Shown here piece after piece: positions 1-14,452 of a DNA stretch of 64,000 nt (the first letter of the stretch is position 1; each line of letters begins with the position of its first letter). This DNA is from Anaeramoeba ignava BMAN (taxonomy: Eukaryota; Protista; Anaeramoebae). The stretch is from the NCBI GenBank assembly GCA_028826165.1, contig JAPDFW010000015.1, positions 16,399 to 80,398 of the forward strand, written 5' to 3'. A program made the position numbers and the translations under genes. The notes under the pieces are model-generated. The model searched no databases. It saw only the letters and a program-made list of their open reading frames with translations, and was not told the origin of the DNA.

Positions 1-277
1 TATTTATTTTAATATTTAATATATTTAATTTAATATTTTTATTTAATATTTAATTTAATATTTAATATAATATTTAATTTTAATATTTAATTTAATATTT
101 AATTTAATATTTAATAATATTTAATTTAATATTTAATTTAATATTTAATATAATATTTAATTTAATATTTAATTTAATATTTAATTTAATATTTAATATA
201 ATATTTAATTTAATATTTAATTTAATATTTAATTTAATATTTAATTTAATATTTTAATATTTATTTTTGCATTAAAG

Positions 278-1553
278 GTGTTCCACAGAAAATCAAGTTG
301 TTCTTATTGTATGAATATCCTTTTTTATTTGGAAATATTTTTAAAATCAATTTTGTTCATTTTTTTTGAAAAATTAATTGTAATTTGTTTAGACATTTTA
401 TTTATTTGTTTGGATTTATGGAATTACTTGTTTGGTTTTTTATATCATCACAATTGTTCAATTGAAAAGACTTTTCAAGTTAGTTTCAAAAGGATATTAT
501 TCAGCAAATATTAGTCAACCAAATCAATTTTGGATTCAAGTTAGAATGAGTTTAATTCCTTTAGTTGAATTTATTGTTATAATTCCAGCAACAATCGGAG
601 TAATTAATTTAAATATTATAAATAATTTATATAAATAATTTATTTAAATATTTTAATTTAAGTAATTGATTTAAATATTATAAATAATTGATTTAAGTAA
701 TTAATTTAAATATTATAAATAATTGATTTAAATATTATAAATAATTGATTTAAATATTATAAATAATTGATTTAAATATTATAAATAATTGATTTAAATA
801 TTATAAATAATTGATTTAAATATTATAAATAATTGATTTAAATATTATAAATAATTGATTTAAATATTATAAATAATTGATTTAAATATTATAAATAATT
901 GATTTAAATATTATAAATAATTGATTTAAATATTATAAATAATTGATTTAAATATTATAAATAATTGATTTAAATAATTGATTTAAATATTATAAATAAT
1001 TGATTTAAATAATTGATTTAAATAATTGATTTAAATATTTTAATTTAAATTTTTGATTTAAATAATTGATTTAAATATTATAAATAATTGATTTAAATAA
1101 TTGATTTAAATAATTGATTTAAATAATTGATTTAAATATTTTGATTTAAATAATTGATTTAAATATTTTGATTTAAATAATTGATTTAAATAATTGATTT
1201 AAATATTTTGATTTAAATATTTTGATTTAAATAATTGATTTAAATATTTTGATTTATATATATTTTGATTTATATATATTTTTGATATAAAATAGAGATT
1301 AAGAGATATTATCAATCCTTCATGTTCTGATATACCTACACTTGATATTCTTCACTCTATTCTTTCAATTTCACAAGGATTTTGGGATTTTTTAATTTTT
1401 ATTGTTTTCGATCCAGAAATTCGAAAAAAAATAAGAGATTGTTGTTCTTCAAATCAATTCGAAAAATATGATTCTGGTTTCGATATTCAATCATATCAAT
1501 CAAAAATGCAAGCAGATCTTTTTATAGATGATGAATTGGATCACAAAATTTAA
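278..1553 (+). CDS. 7TM GPCR (cAMP-receptor-like/GCR1-type), copy 0, 5'-truncated by window edge
   Basis: Exons 278-308 (31-nt micro-exon, CSTENQVVLI), 393-599 and 1296-1553, with GT-AG boundaries. Contains the TM6 'QVRMSLIPL' and TM7 'SQGFWDFLIFIVFDPEIR' motifs shared by all copies. Confidence 0.85.
600..1295. repeat. Intronic minisatellite, 22-nt unit ATAAATAATTGATTTAAATATT, decaying to 14-nt units
   Basis: Perfect 22-nt periodicity around 700-960 inside intron 3 of copy 0. Confidence 0.85.
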
Positions 1554-1626
1554 TTTTAAAAAGAAATATTTGATAAAATTTTTGTTAATTTATATTTTCA
1601 AGTTGAATTTGATTTTAAATTTAAAA

Positions 1627-1780
1627 GAGAATAAGAGAAATAATTAAAAAAAAAATTCAGTTTCTCAAATAAATTCTCTTCATATTATTTGATCTTTAAT
1701 TAATTATTAGCAATTATTTTTGGGATTTTCTGGATTTTTAGTATTTTTGATCCAAAAATTAGATCAAAATTAAAAAACAA
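1627..1780 (+). pseudogene. Degenerate orphan last exon of the GPCR family
   Basis: AG|AGAATAAGAGAAATAATT start, followed by a decayed TGGGATTTTCTGGATTTTTAGTATTTTTGATCCAAAAATTAGATCAAAATTA with stops and indels. Confidence 0.75.
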
Positions 1781-1966
1781 ATTCTTTTTCTTTTTCTTTT
1801 TCTTTTTCTCTTTAAAACAAATTCTTTTTGATCAAATATTTTCTTTTTAAATCAAATTCTAAAATAAAAATCTAAAATAAAATTTATCCCCTTTTTGTTT
1901 ATTTGTTTACTTTCATTTTTTTCACTTTTTCATTTTTTTTCATTTTTCATTTCTAAATAATAAAAA

Positions 1967-3222
1967 ATGAGTTTAGAAACACAAGAAATATCAACATTAA
2001 TTGGAGCAAGTTTAGGAATTTTTGGAGCATTAATGATAATAATAATTTTTCTTTATTTTAAAGAATACAAACTATTTTATAGGAAATTAGTTTTTGTTTT
2101 ATCAATTTATGATTTCTTTCAATCATTAAGCTATTTATTACCAGGAAGTTCAAATAAAATTATTTGTGATATTCAATTTTATATGATTCCTATTTTTGGA
2201 CCAACTCCTTCTTTTTGGGCTGCAGTTATTTCTATTATTTCTTATTTGAAAATTGTTAAACAATTTAATGATAGAAAATTAAATAAGATTTATAAATGGA
2301 TTCATTTATCAATTTTGATTCCAATGATTATTTTGTTTATAGATGCAATAATTTCTCAAGATTATAAAAAATCAACTGATTATGTGTAATTGATTTATTG
2401 ATTTAAAATTAAAATCAAAATCAAAATTAAAATCAAAATCAAAATCAAATTCAAAATCAAAATTAATATCAAAATCAAAATCAAAATCAAATTCAAAATC
2501 AAATTCAAAATCAAATTTAAAAAGGTGTATTTCTACAACTAGAATATCACTTATTGTAAGAATTATAATTCAAATTCAAAATCAAATTCAAAATCAAAAT
2601 CAAATTTAAATAATAAATTTTGATTTTTTGGATTTTTCACTTTATTTATTTATTTTTGAAATTAGTTCGCTTTTTCATTCATTTGGATATTTATTATTGC
2701 TTGTTTAATATTTTACATTTTATCAATGATTAGATTAAGAAAATTTATTAAATTAATTTCAGAAGGATATTCTTCAACAAAAAAAAGTCAAAAAAATCAA
2801 ATTTGGATTCAAATAAGAATGAGTTTAATTCCTTTAATTCAAATTATTATTACAATTCCATTAACAATTAAAGTAAATATTTGATTTATTTAAATTTTGA
2901 TTTTGAATTTAAAATTTTGAATTTTAAATTTTGGATTTAATAGAGAATAAGAGAAATAATTAATCCATCAGTTTCTGGAATGGATTTTAATGATATTTTA
3001 TCATCTTTACTTTTTTCTTCACAAGGATTTTGGGATTTTTGGATATTTATTATTTTTGATCCAGAAATTAGATTAAAATTAAAAAATTGTTTTTGTTGTT
3101 CAAATTATCCTCAAGAAAATGATTTATTTGATCTTCAAAAAAATAATCAATTAAGAATGGAAAACAAAAATGAAAATAAAAATGAAAATGAAATATTTTT
3201 TGAAGATGAAAATTTCAATTAA
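1967..3222 (+). CDS. 7TM GPCR (cAMP-receptor-like), copy 1
   Basis: Exons 1967-2385, 2525-2555, 2666-2872, 2944-3222 join in frame. Motifs YRKLVFVLSIYD, C-x-x-Q and QGFWDF. Confidence 0.9.
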
Positions 3223-3417
3223 ATTTAAATTAAATTAAATTAAATTTTGAGAAAGATTTATTATTAATTTTAATTCTTAATTTTAATTCTTAATTTTTAA
3301 TTTTATTTTGGAATAAAAATCGAAAATAAAAATCGAAAATGATTTATTTCATTTTTCATTTTTCATTTTTCATTTTTCATTTTTCATTTTTCAGTTTTTC
3401 ATTTCGAAATAAAAAAA

Positions 3418-4615
3418 ATGAGTTTAGAAACACAAGAAATATCAGCATTAATTGGAGCAAGTTTAGGAATTTTTGGAGCATTAATGATAATAATAATTTT
3501 TCTTTATTTTAAAGAATACAAACTATTTTATAGAAAATTAGTTTTTGTTTTATCAATTTATGATTTCTTTCAATCATTAAGCTTTTTATTACCAGGAAGT
3601 TCAAATAAAATTATTTGTGATATTCAATTTTATATGATTCCTATTTTTGGACCAACTCCTTCTTTTTGGGCTGCAACTATTTCTGTTATTTCTTATTTGA
3701 AAATTGTTAAAGAATTTAATGATAAAAAATTAAATAAAATTTATAAATGGATTCATTTATCAATTTTAATTCCAATGATTATTTTGTTTATAGATGCAAT
3801 AACTTCTCGTGATTATAAAAAATCAACTGATTATTTGTATTTATTGTTTTAATTTTAAAATCCAAAATCAAAATCAAAATCAAAATCAAAATCAAAATTA
3901 AAATCAAAATCAAAATCAAATCAAAAAAATCAAAATCAAAATTAAAATCAAAATCAAAATTAAATAGGTGCGTTTCAACAACTAGAATATCACTTATTGT
4001 AAGAATTATAATTCAAATTTAATTCCAAATTCAAATTCAAATTCAAATTCAAATTTAAATAATAAATTTTGATTTTTTGGATTTTCCACTTTTTATTTAT
4101 TTTGAAATTAGTTCGCTTTTTCATTCATTTGGATATTTATTATTGCTTGTTTAATATTTTACATTTTATCAATGATTAGATTAAGAAAATTTATCAAATT
4201 AATTTCAGAAGGATATTCTTCAACAAAAATAAGTCAAACAAATCAAATTTGGATTCAAATAAGAATGAGTTTGATTCCTTTAATTCAAATTATATTTACA
4301 ATTCCAGTAACAATTAAAGTAAATATTTCATTTATTTTATATTATTAATTTTATTAATTTTGGATTTAATAGAGAATAAGAGAAATAATTAATCCATCAG
4401 TTTCTCAAATACTTTCACTTGATATTTTATCATCTTTACTTTTTTGTTCACAAGGATTTTGGGATTTTTGGATATTTATTATTTTTGATCCTGAAATTAG
4501 ATCAAAATTAAAGAATTGTTTTTGTTGTTCAAATTATCCTCAAGAAAATAATTTGTTTGATCTCAAAAATCAAAATCAAAATCAAAATCAAAATCAAAAT
4601 GAAAATATTTTTTGA
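3418..4615 (+). CDS. 7TM GPCR, copy 2
   Basis: Exons 3418-3836, 3968-3998, 4112-4318, 4373-4615. Near-identical to copy 1. Confidence 0.9.
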
Positions 4616-4783
4616 AGATGAACATTTCAATTAAATTAAATTAAATTAAATTAAATTAAATTAAATCTTAATTTTTATTTTAGATTTTGGAATAAAAATA
4701 AAAATCTAAAATAACTTTCATTCCCTTTTTTCATTTTTCATTTTTCATTTTTTTTTTGATTAATCCAAATCTCAATTAAAAAA

Positions 4784-6114
4784 ATGGGTTTAAAAGCAGA
4801 AGAAATATCAACAATAATTGGAGCAAGTTTAGGAACTTTTGGAGCATTAATGATAATAATAATATTTCTTAATTTTAAAGAATATAAAATATTTTATAGA
4901 AAATTAGTTTTTGTTTTATCAATTTATGATTTCTTTCAATCAATAAGTTTTTTCTTACCAGGAAATTCAAATAAAATTATTTGTGATATTCAATATTATT
5001 TAATTGCTATTTTTGCAACAACCCCTTCTTTTTGGGCTGCAGCTATTTCTTTGATTACTTATTTGAAAATTGTTAAAGAATTTAATGATAAAAAATTAAA
5101 TAAGATTTATAAATGGATTCATTTATCAATTTTGATTCCAATTATAATTATGTTTATAGATGCAATAACTTCTCAAGATTATAAAAAACCAAAAGCTTAT
5201 TGGTATTTAAAATTCAAAATTAAAATCAAAATCAAAATCAAAATCAAAATCAAAATCAAAATCAAAATCAAAATCAAAATCAAAATCAAAATCAAAATCA
5301 AAAATTCAAAATCAAAAATCAAAATCAAAATTAAATCAAAATCAAAATCAAAATTAAAATCAAAATCAAAATTAAATTTAATTCTAAAAATAATAAAAAG
5401 GTGTTCTTCAACAACTAGAATATCACTTATTGTAAAAATTATAATTCAAATTCAAATTCAAATTTAAATAATAAATTTTGATTTTTTGGATTTTTCACTT
5501 TATTTATTTATTTTGGGATTAGTTTGGCTATTCAATTGTTTGGATATTTATTATTTCTTGTTTAATATTTTACATTTTAACAACAATTAGATTAAGAAAA
5601 TTTATTAAATTAATTTCAGAAGGATATTCTTCAACAAAAATAAGTCAAACAAATCAAATTTGGATTCAAATAAGAATGAGTTTAATTCCATTAATTGAAA
5701 TTATTGTTATGATTCCATTAACAATTAAAGTAAATATTTTATTTTATTTTATTATAAATTTTAAATTCTAAATTTTGGATTTAATAGAGAATAAGAGAAA
5801 TAATTAATCCATCAGTTTCTGAAATCAATTCACTTGATATTTTATCATCTTTACTTATTTGTTCACAAGGATTTTGGGATTTTTGGATATTTATTATTTT
5901 TGATCCTGAAATTAGATCAAAATTAAAAATAAATTGCTGTTCTTCTTCTTATTCAAAATATTATCAACAAAATTCTTTTGGTTTAGATTTTCGAAATGAT
6001 AATGAATTGAGAATGGAAACAGATTTAACTTCAAATTATTCTAATAATAATCAAAATCAAAATCAAAATCAAAATCAAAATGAAATGTTTTTTGAAAATG
6101 ATGATTTAAATTAA
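4784..6114 (+). CDS. 7TM GPCR, copy 3
   Basis: Exons 4784-5202, 5401-5431, 5523-5729, 5788-6114. Confidence 0.9.
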
Positions 6115-6312
6115 TTTAAATTAAGAAATTTAGTATCATTTTTCTTTTTAAATCAAATTTCAAATTTACTTTTATTTTTAATTTGAAATTTTGATTATTT
6201 CAATTTTGGAATAAAAATAAAAATCTAAAATTACTTTCATTCCCTTTTTTCATTTTTCATTTTTCATTTTTCATTTTTTTTTGATTAATCCAAATCTCAA
6301 TTAAAAAAAAGA

Positions 6313-7738
6313 ATGGGTTTAGAAACACAAGAAATATCAACAATAATTGGAGCAAGTTTAGGAATTTTTGGAGCTTCAATAATAATAATAATATTTCTTA
6401 ATTTTAAAGAATACAAGATATTTTATAGAAAATTAGTTTTTGTTTTATCAATTTATGATTTCTTTCAATCAATAAGTTTTTTATTACCAGGAATTTCCAA
6501 TAAAATTATTTGTGATATTCAATATTATATGATTCCTATTTTTGGAACAACTCCTTCTTTTTGGGCTGCAACTATTTCTATTATTTCTTATTTGAAAATT
6601 GTTAAACAATTTAATGATACGAAATTAAATAAGATTTATAAATGGATTCATTTATCAATTTTGATTCCAATGATTATTTTAGTTATAGATGCAATAATTT
6701 CTCATGATTATAAAAAACCTAAAACTTATTGGTATTTAAAATTCAAAATTAAAATCAAAATCAAAATCAAAATCAAAATTCAAAATCAAAATCAAAATCC
6801 AAATTAAAATTAAAATTAAAATTAAAATCAAAATCAAAATCAAAATCAAAATCAAAATTAAAATCAAAATCAAAATCAAAATCAAAATCAAAATCAAAAT
6901 CAAAATCAAAATCAAAATCAAAATTAAAATCAAAATCAAAATCAAAATCAAAATTAAAATCAAAATCAAAATCAAAATTAAAATCAAAATCAAAATCAAA
7001 ATTAAAATTAAAATTAAAATCAAAATTAAAATCAAAATTAAATTTAATTCTAAAAATAATAAATAGGTGTACTCCAACAACAAGAATATCACTTATTGTA
7101 AGAATAATAATTCAAATATAAATATAAATTTAAATTTAAATAATGAATTTTGGATTTTTGGATTTTTCACTTTATTTATTTTTGGAATTAGTTTGCTTAT
7201 TCATTTTTTTGGATATTTATTATTTCTTGTTTAATATTTTACATTTTAACAATGATTAGATTAAGAAAATTTATTAAATTAATTTCAGAAGGATATTCTT
7301 CAACAAAAATAAGTCAAACAAATCAAATTTGGATTCAAATAAGAATGAGTTTAATTCCATTAATTGAAATTATTGTTACAATTCCAATAACAATTAAAGT
7401 AAATATTTTATTTTATATTATTATAAATTTTAAATTCTAAATTTTGGATTTAATAGAGAATAAGAGAAATAATTAATCCATCAGTTTCTGAAATCAATTC
7501 ACTTGATATTATTTCATCTTTACTTATTTGTTCACAAGGATTTTGGGATTTTTGGATATTTATTATTTTTGATCCTGAAATTAGATCAAAATTAAAAATA
7601 AATTGTTGTTCTTCTTCTTATTCAAAATATTATCAAGAAATTAATTTGGTTAATTTCCAAAATCATAATCAAAATCAAAATCAAAATCAAAATCAAAATC
7701 AAAATCAAATATTTTTTGAAAATGATGATTTAAATTAA
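6313..7738 (+). CDS. 7TM GPCR, copy 4
   Basis: Exons 6313-6731, 7067-7097, 7192-7398, 7457-7738. Confidence 0.9.
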
Positions 7739-7922
7739 TTTAAATTAAGAAATTTAGTATCATTTTTCTTTTTAAATCAAATTTCAAATTTACTTTTATT
7801 TTTAATTTGAAATTTTGATTATTTCAATTTTGGAATAAAAATCTAAAATAAAATTTATTCCATTTTTCATTTTTCATTTTTCATTTTTCATTTTCAAATA
7901 AAAATCAAAATAAAAATTAAAA

Positions 7923-9115
7923 ATGGTTTCAAAATTAATTACAAGTGAAGGAATATCAACAATAATTGGAGCAAGTTTAGGAACTTTTGGAGCTTTAATG
8001 ATAATAATAATTTTTCTTAATCTTAAAGAATACAAAATATTTTATAGAAAATTAGTTTTTGATTTTATCAATTTATGATTTGATTCAATCAATAACTTAT
8101 TTATTACCAGGATTTTCAAATAAAATTATTTGTGATATTCAATTTTATTTAATTGCTATTTTTGGAACAACTCCTCAATTTTGGGCTGCAACTATTTCTG
8201 TTATTTCTTATTTGAAAATTGTTAAAGAATTTAATGATAAAAAATCAAATAAGATTTATAAATGGATTCATTTGCTTTTATTAATTTTAATTATTATTTT
8301 GATTGTAATTGCAACTTATTTTCATGATTTTAATTCTCCAAAAACTTATTGGTATTTATTTTTAATTTAAAATCAAAATTAATATAAAAATCAAAATCAA
8401 AATCAAAATCAAAATTAAAAATAATAAAAAGGTGTTCTTCAACAACTAGAATATCACTTATTGTAAGAATTATAATTCAAATTATAATTTAAATTCAAAT
8501 TTAAAATTAAATTTAAAATTGAAATAGATTATCTTTTCATTCATTTGGATATATTTATTATTATTTGTTTAATATTTTACATTTTAACAATGATTAAATT
8601 AAGAAAATTGATTAAATTAATTTCAAGTGGATATTCTTTATCAAAAAAAGATCAAACAAATCAAATTTGGATTCAAATAAGAATGAGTTTAATTCCATTA
8701 ATTGAAATTATTATTACAATTCCATTAACAATTAGAGTAAATATTTTATTTTATATTATTATAAATTTTAAATTTTAAATTTTGGATTTAATAGAGAATA
8801 AGAGAAATAATTAATCCATCAGTTTCTCAAATACTTTCACTTGATATTATTTCATCTTTACTTTTTTCTTCACAAGGATTTTGGGATTTTTGGATTTTTA
8901 TTATTTTTGATCCTGAAATTAGATCAAAATTAAAAAATTGTTGTTCTTATTCTTATTCAAAATATTATCAACAAAATTCTTTTGATTTGGATTTTTTTGA
9001 TTCAAAAAATGATAAAGATAATGATAACGATAAAGATATTTATTTAATTGAAAATTTAGAAGAAAAAAAGAAAGAAAAAAATGAAAAAAATGAAAAAACA
9101 AAAAATTTTTTTTAG
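7923..9115 (+). pseudogene. 7TM GPCR, copy 5, two frameshifts
   Basis: ATG at 7923 (MVSKLITSEG). A +1 at about 8061 (GTTTTTGATTTTATCA) and a +2 at about 8552 (exon 3 is 209 nt). Exons 7923-8351, 8432-8462, 8528-8736, 8795-9115. Confidence 0.7.
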
Positions 9116-9314
9116 AATTAATAATTAATAATGATAATAATAATAAATTGAATAAATAATTAAATTATTATTTCCAAAAAAAAATCCAGAAAAAAAAATC
9201 AATCAATTTTTCATTTTTCATTTTTCATTTTTTCATTTTTCATTTTTTTCAAAATTAAAATTAAAATTGAAATTAAAAATCAAAATTAAAATAAAATCAA
9301 AATCAAAATCAAAA

Positions 9315-10911
9315 ATGGTTTCAAAATTAATTTCAAGTGAAGAAATATCAACAATAATTGGAGCAAGTTTAGGATCTTTTGGGGCTTTAATGATAATAAT
9401 AATATTCATTTATTTTAAAGAATACAAAATATTTTATAGAAAATTAGTTTTTGTTTTATCAATTTATGATTTCTTTCAATCAATAACTTATTTATTACCA
9501 GGATTTTCAAATAAAATTATTTGTGAAATTCAATTTTATTTAATTGCTATTTTTGGAACAACTCCTTTATTTTGGGCTGCAACTATTTCTGTTATTTCTT
9601 ATTTGAAAGTTGTTAAAGAATTTAATGATAAAAAATCAAATAAGATTTATAAATGGATTCATTTATTTTTATTAATTTTAATTATTATTTTGATTGTAAT
9701 TGCAACTTATTTTCATGATTTTAATTCTCCAAAAACTTATTGGTATTTATTTTTAATTTAAATTCAAATTTCAAATCAAAATCAAAATCAAAATCAAAAT
9801 CAAATTCAAAATCAAAATTAAAATTAAATTAAAATCAAAACAAAATTAAAAATTAAAATTAAATTCAAAATTAAATTCAAAATCAAAATCAAAATTAAAT
9901 TCAAAATCAAAATCAAAATCAAATCAAAATCAAATTCAAAATCAAAATTAAAATTCAAATTCAAAAAGGTGTTCTTCAACAACTAAAATATCAGTTATCG
10001 TAAGAATCAAAATTTAAATTTAATTAAAAACAAAATCAAAATCAAAATCAAAATCAAAATCAAAATCATAATTTAAAATTAAAATCAAAATCAAAATCAA
10101 AATCAAAATCAAAATCAAAATCAAAATCAAAATCAAAATCAAAATCAAAATCAAAATCAAAATCAAAATCAAAATCAAAATCAAAATTAAAATTAAAATT
10201 AAAATCAAAATCATAATTTAAAATCAAAATCAAAATCAAATTCAAATTCAAATTAAAATTAAATTCAAATTCAAATTAAAATCAAATTAAAATTAAATTC
10301 GAAATTGAAAATAGATCATCTTTTCATTCGTTTGGATATATGTTATTATTTGTTTAATATTTTACATTTTAACAATGATTAGATTAAGGAAACTTATCAA
10401 ATTAATTTCAAAAGGATATTCTTTATCAAAAAAACATCAAACAGACCAAATTTGGATTCAATTAAGAATGAGTTTAATTCCATTAATTGAAATTATTGTT
10501 ACAATTCCAATCACAATAAGAGTAAATATTTCATTTCAATTTTAAATTTTTTAATTTTTGAATTTTTGGATTTTATTTAAAATTAAATAGAGAATAAGAG
10601 AAATAATTAATTCATCATTTTCTGAAATTATGGCACTTGATATTATTTCATCTTTACTTATTTGTTCACAAGGATTTTGGGATTTTTGGATTTTTATTAT
10701 TTTTGATCCTGAAATTAGATCAAAATTAAAAAATTGTCGTTCTTATTCTTATTCAAAATATTATCAAGAAAATCCTTTTGGTTTGGATTTTTTTGATCCA
10801 AAAAATGATAAAGATCTTTATTCAATTAAAGATTCAGAAGAAAAAAATGTTGGAAGTGATGAAGAAAATCAAAAAAATACAAAAAAAGATGGAAAGAATA
10901 TTTTTCTTTAA
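9315..10911 (+). CDS. 7TM GPCR, copy 6
   Basis: ATG at 9315 (MVSKLISSEE). Exons 9315-9742, 9969-9999, 10315-10521, 10591-10911. Confidence 0.9.
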
Positions 10912-10988
10912 ATAAAAATATTAATAATAATAAAATTGTTATTCCTCATTTAATTTTAATTTTTAATTTAATTTTAAATTTTAAAAAG

Positions 10989-11216
10989 AGAATAAGAGAA
11001 ATAATTAATCCATCAGTTTCTGAAATACTTTCACTTGATATTTTATCATCTTTACTTCTTTGTTCACAAGGATTTTGGGATTTTTGGATTTTTATTATTT
11101 TTGATCCTGAAATTAGATCAAAATTAAAAAATTGTTCTTCTTCAAAAAAATATCAAGAAGTTGATTTAGTTGATTTTCAAAATGAAGAAGAATTAAGAAT
11201 GGAAAACAATTTTTAA
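10989..11216 (+). other. Intact orphan copy of GPCR terminal exon (TM7 + C-tail); candidate alternative last exon
   Basis: AAAAG acceptor at 10988, then an open frame RIREIINPSVSEILSLD...SQGFWDFW...LRMENNF* almost identical to the last exon of copy 7 (12352-12579). It has no exons 1-3 of its own. Confidence 0.8.
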
Positions 11217-11423
11217 TTCTCTTTTTCTTTTTAAATTACTTTTTAAATTCAATCCGAAAATAAAATCTTTTATTCCCCTTTTCATTATTTTATTTTAAAT
11301 TTTTTATTCTTCTTTTATTTTTTTTATCTTTTTGATCAGTTTGATCAAGAAACCATTTTTTTTTATTATTTTTTTCATTATTTTTTTTTTGGATTAATCC
11401 AAATTTTTCAATCAAAATTAAAA

Positions 11424-12579
11424 ATGGTTTCAAATTTAATTACAAGTGAAGAGATATCAACAATAATTGGAGCAAGTTTAGGGATTTTTGGAGCTTTAAT
11501 GATAATAATAATATTCATTTATTTCAAAGCATACAAAATATTTTATCGAAAATTAGTTTTTGTTTTATCAATTTATGATTTGATTCAATCAATAAGTTAT
11601 TTATTACCAGGAAGATCAAATGAAATTATTTGCCGAGCACAATATTTTTTACTTGCCATTTTTGGATCAACTCCTCAATTTTGGGCTTCAGTTATTTCTA
11701 TTATTTGTTATTTGAAAGTTGCTAAACAATTTAATGATACAAAATTAAATAAGATTTATAAATGGATTCATTTATCAATTTTGATTCCAATGATTATTTT
11801 AGTTGCAATTTCATTTATTTCTCATGATTATAAAAAATCAAACGCTTATTGGTATTTAATTTTAATTTAAATTCAAATTTCAAATCAAAATCAAATTCAA
11901 AATCAAAATTAAAATTTAATTCTAAAAATAATAAAAAGGTGTGCTTCAACAACTAGAATATCACTTATTGTAAGAATTATAATTCAAATTTAAATCCAAA
12001 ATTAAATAATAAATATTGATTTTTGGATTTTTCACTTTTTATTTATTTTGGAATTAGTTTGCTTATTCAATCGTTTGGATATATGTTATTACTTGTTTAA
12101 TATTTTACATTTTATCAATAAATATATTAAGGAAAATGATCAAATTAGTCTCAAGTGGATATTCTTCAACAAAAATAAGTCAAACAAATCAAATTTGGAT
12201 TCAATTAAGAATGAGTTTAATTCCTTTAATTGAGATGATTATTACAATTCCATTAACAATTAAAGTAAATATTTTATTTTTATTTTAATTTTATTTTTAT
12301 TTTAATTTTAATTTTAATTTTTATTTTAATTTAATTTTTATGATTAAAAAGAGAATAAGAGAAATAATTAATCCATCAGTTTCTGAAATCAATTCACTTG
12401 ATATTATTTCATCTTTACTTTTTTCTTCACAAGGATTTTGGGATTTTTGGATTTTTATTATTTTTGATCCTGAAATTAGATCAAAATTAAAAAATTGTTC
12501 TCCTTCAAAAAAATATCAAGAAGTTGATTTAATTGATTTTCAAAATGAAGAAGAATTAAGAATGGAAAACAATTTTTAA
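11424..12579 (+). CDS. 7TM GPCR, copy 7
   Basis: Exons 11424-11851, 11939-11969, 12058-12264, 12352-12579. Confidence 0.9.
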
Positions 12580-12742
12580 TTCTCTTTTTCTTTTTAAATT
12601 ACTTTTTAAATTCAATCCGAAAATAAAATCTTTTATTCCCCTTTTCATTATTTTATTTTAAATTTTTTATTTTTCATTTTTCATTTTTCCAAATAGTTTT
12701 TTTTTTTTGCTAGTTCAAAAAAAACATCAAAAATTTTTTAAA

Positions 12743-14452
12743 ATGAGTTCAGTTGAAAAAATCCCAACGTTTATTGGAGCAGGATTAGGAACAATTGGAG
12801 CATTAATGCTAATAATAACTTTTACTTATTTTAAAGAATATCGATATTTATATCGGAAATTAGTGTTTATTCTTTCATTTTATGACTTTTTCCAATCAGC
12901 TCTATTTTTATTGCCAGGCCATTCAAATAAATATATTTGCCGAGCACAATATTTTTTACTTGCCATTTTTGGATCAACTCCTTCTTTTTGGTCAGCAGCT
13001 ATTGCTTTAATTTCTTATTTAAAAATTGTTAAAGAATTTCCTGATCGAAAATTAAATCAAATTCAAAAATGGCTTCATTTGCTAATGTTGATAACAGTTA
13101 TTGTTTTAGTTTCTGTTTTTTCTTATACTCATGATTATAGTACATCAGATACTTATTGGTAAATAAAATAAACAATTGATTTTCTTTATAAAATTTTTCT
13201 CAATCCAAAATTAAAATTAAAAAATTAAAAATAAAATCAAAATTAAAAATAAAATCAAAAATAATTAAAATTAAAATCAAAATAATTAAAATCAAAATTA
13301 AAATCAAAATTAAAAAGGTGTTTTTCTTCAACTGAATTGGTTCTTATTGTAAGATTTAAACAAAAAAAAAACTGTCATTTTAATTAATTTATTTTGATTA
13401 ATTTATTTTGATTAATTTATTTTGATTAATTTATTTTAATTAATTTATTTTGATTAATTTATTTAGATTAATTTATTTAGATTAATTTATTTAGATTAAT
13501 TTATTTTGATTTATTTATTTTGGATTAATTTATTTGGATTAATTTATTTTGAATTAATTTATTTAGATTAATTTATTTAGATTAATTTATTTTGATTTAT
13601 TTTTATTAATTTATTTTAATTAATTTATTTTGATTAATTTATTTTGATTAATTAATTTTTATTAATTTATTTTAATTAATTTATTTAGATTAATTAATTT
13701 TTATTAATTTATTTTGATTAATTTATTTTGATTATTTTAGATTAATTTATTTTTTATTAACTTATTTTGATTAATTTATTTTTATTAATTTATTTTGATT
13801 AATTTATTTTGATTATTTTAGACTCTCTTTTCTTTTATTTGGATTTATATTATTATTTGTTTAATTTGCTATATTTTAACTCTTAGTCGATTGAAAAAAT
13901 TGATCAACTTAATTTCAAAAGGATATTTTTTATCAAAAATAATTCAACCAAAACAAGTTTGGGTTCAATTAAGAATGAGCTTGATTCCTTTGATTGAAAT
14001 GGTTGTTATGGCTCCTGCAACAATTAGAGTAAAAATTGAAAGAAAAAGAAAAAGAAAAAGAAAAAGAAAAAGAAAATTAATCCAATTTTTTTCTTCATTT
14101 TCATCTAAAATTTAAAAAGAGAATAAGAGATATGATTAATCCAAATGGTTCCCAACTAGTTACTCTTGATATTATTCATTCATTACTTGTTACTTCTCAA
14201 GGTTTTTGGGATTTTTGGATTTTTGTTGTTTTTGATCCAGAAATAAGGAAAAAAATCAGAAATTTTTCATCTTATAGATCATATCAAAAAAATTTTCATG
14301 ATTTGGAATCTTTTAGTCCAAAATCTGAAAATGATCTTCTTTTATTTCCAAATCCTTTTGAAAACGAACCAAAAGAAGAAAGTGATGAAGAAAAAGAATA
14401 CGACAAATCAGAAGAAGAAGAAAAAGAGAAACAAAATCGAATTTTTCTTTGA
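12743..14452 (+). CDS. 7TM GPCR, copy 8
   Basis: ATG at 12743 (MSSVEKIP). Exons 12743-13158, 13318-13348, 13822-14028, 14120-14452. Intron 2 is filled by a 14-nt ATTAATTTATTTTG repeat. Confidence 0.9.
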
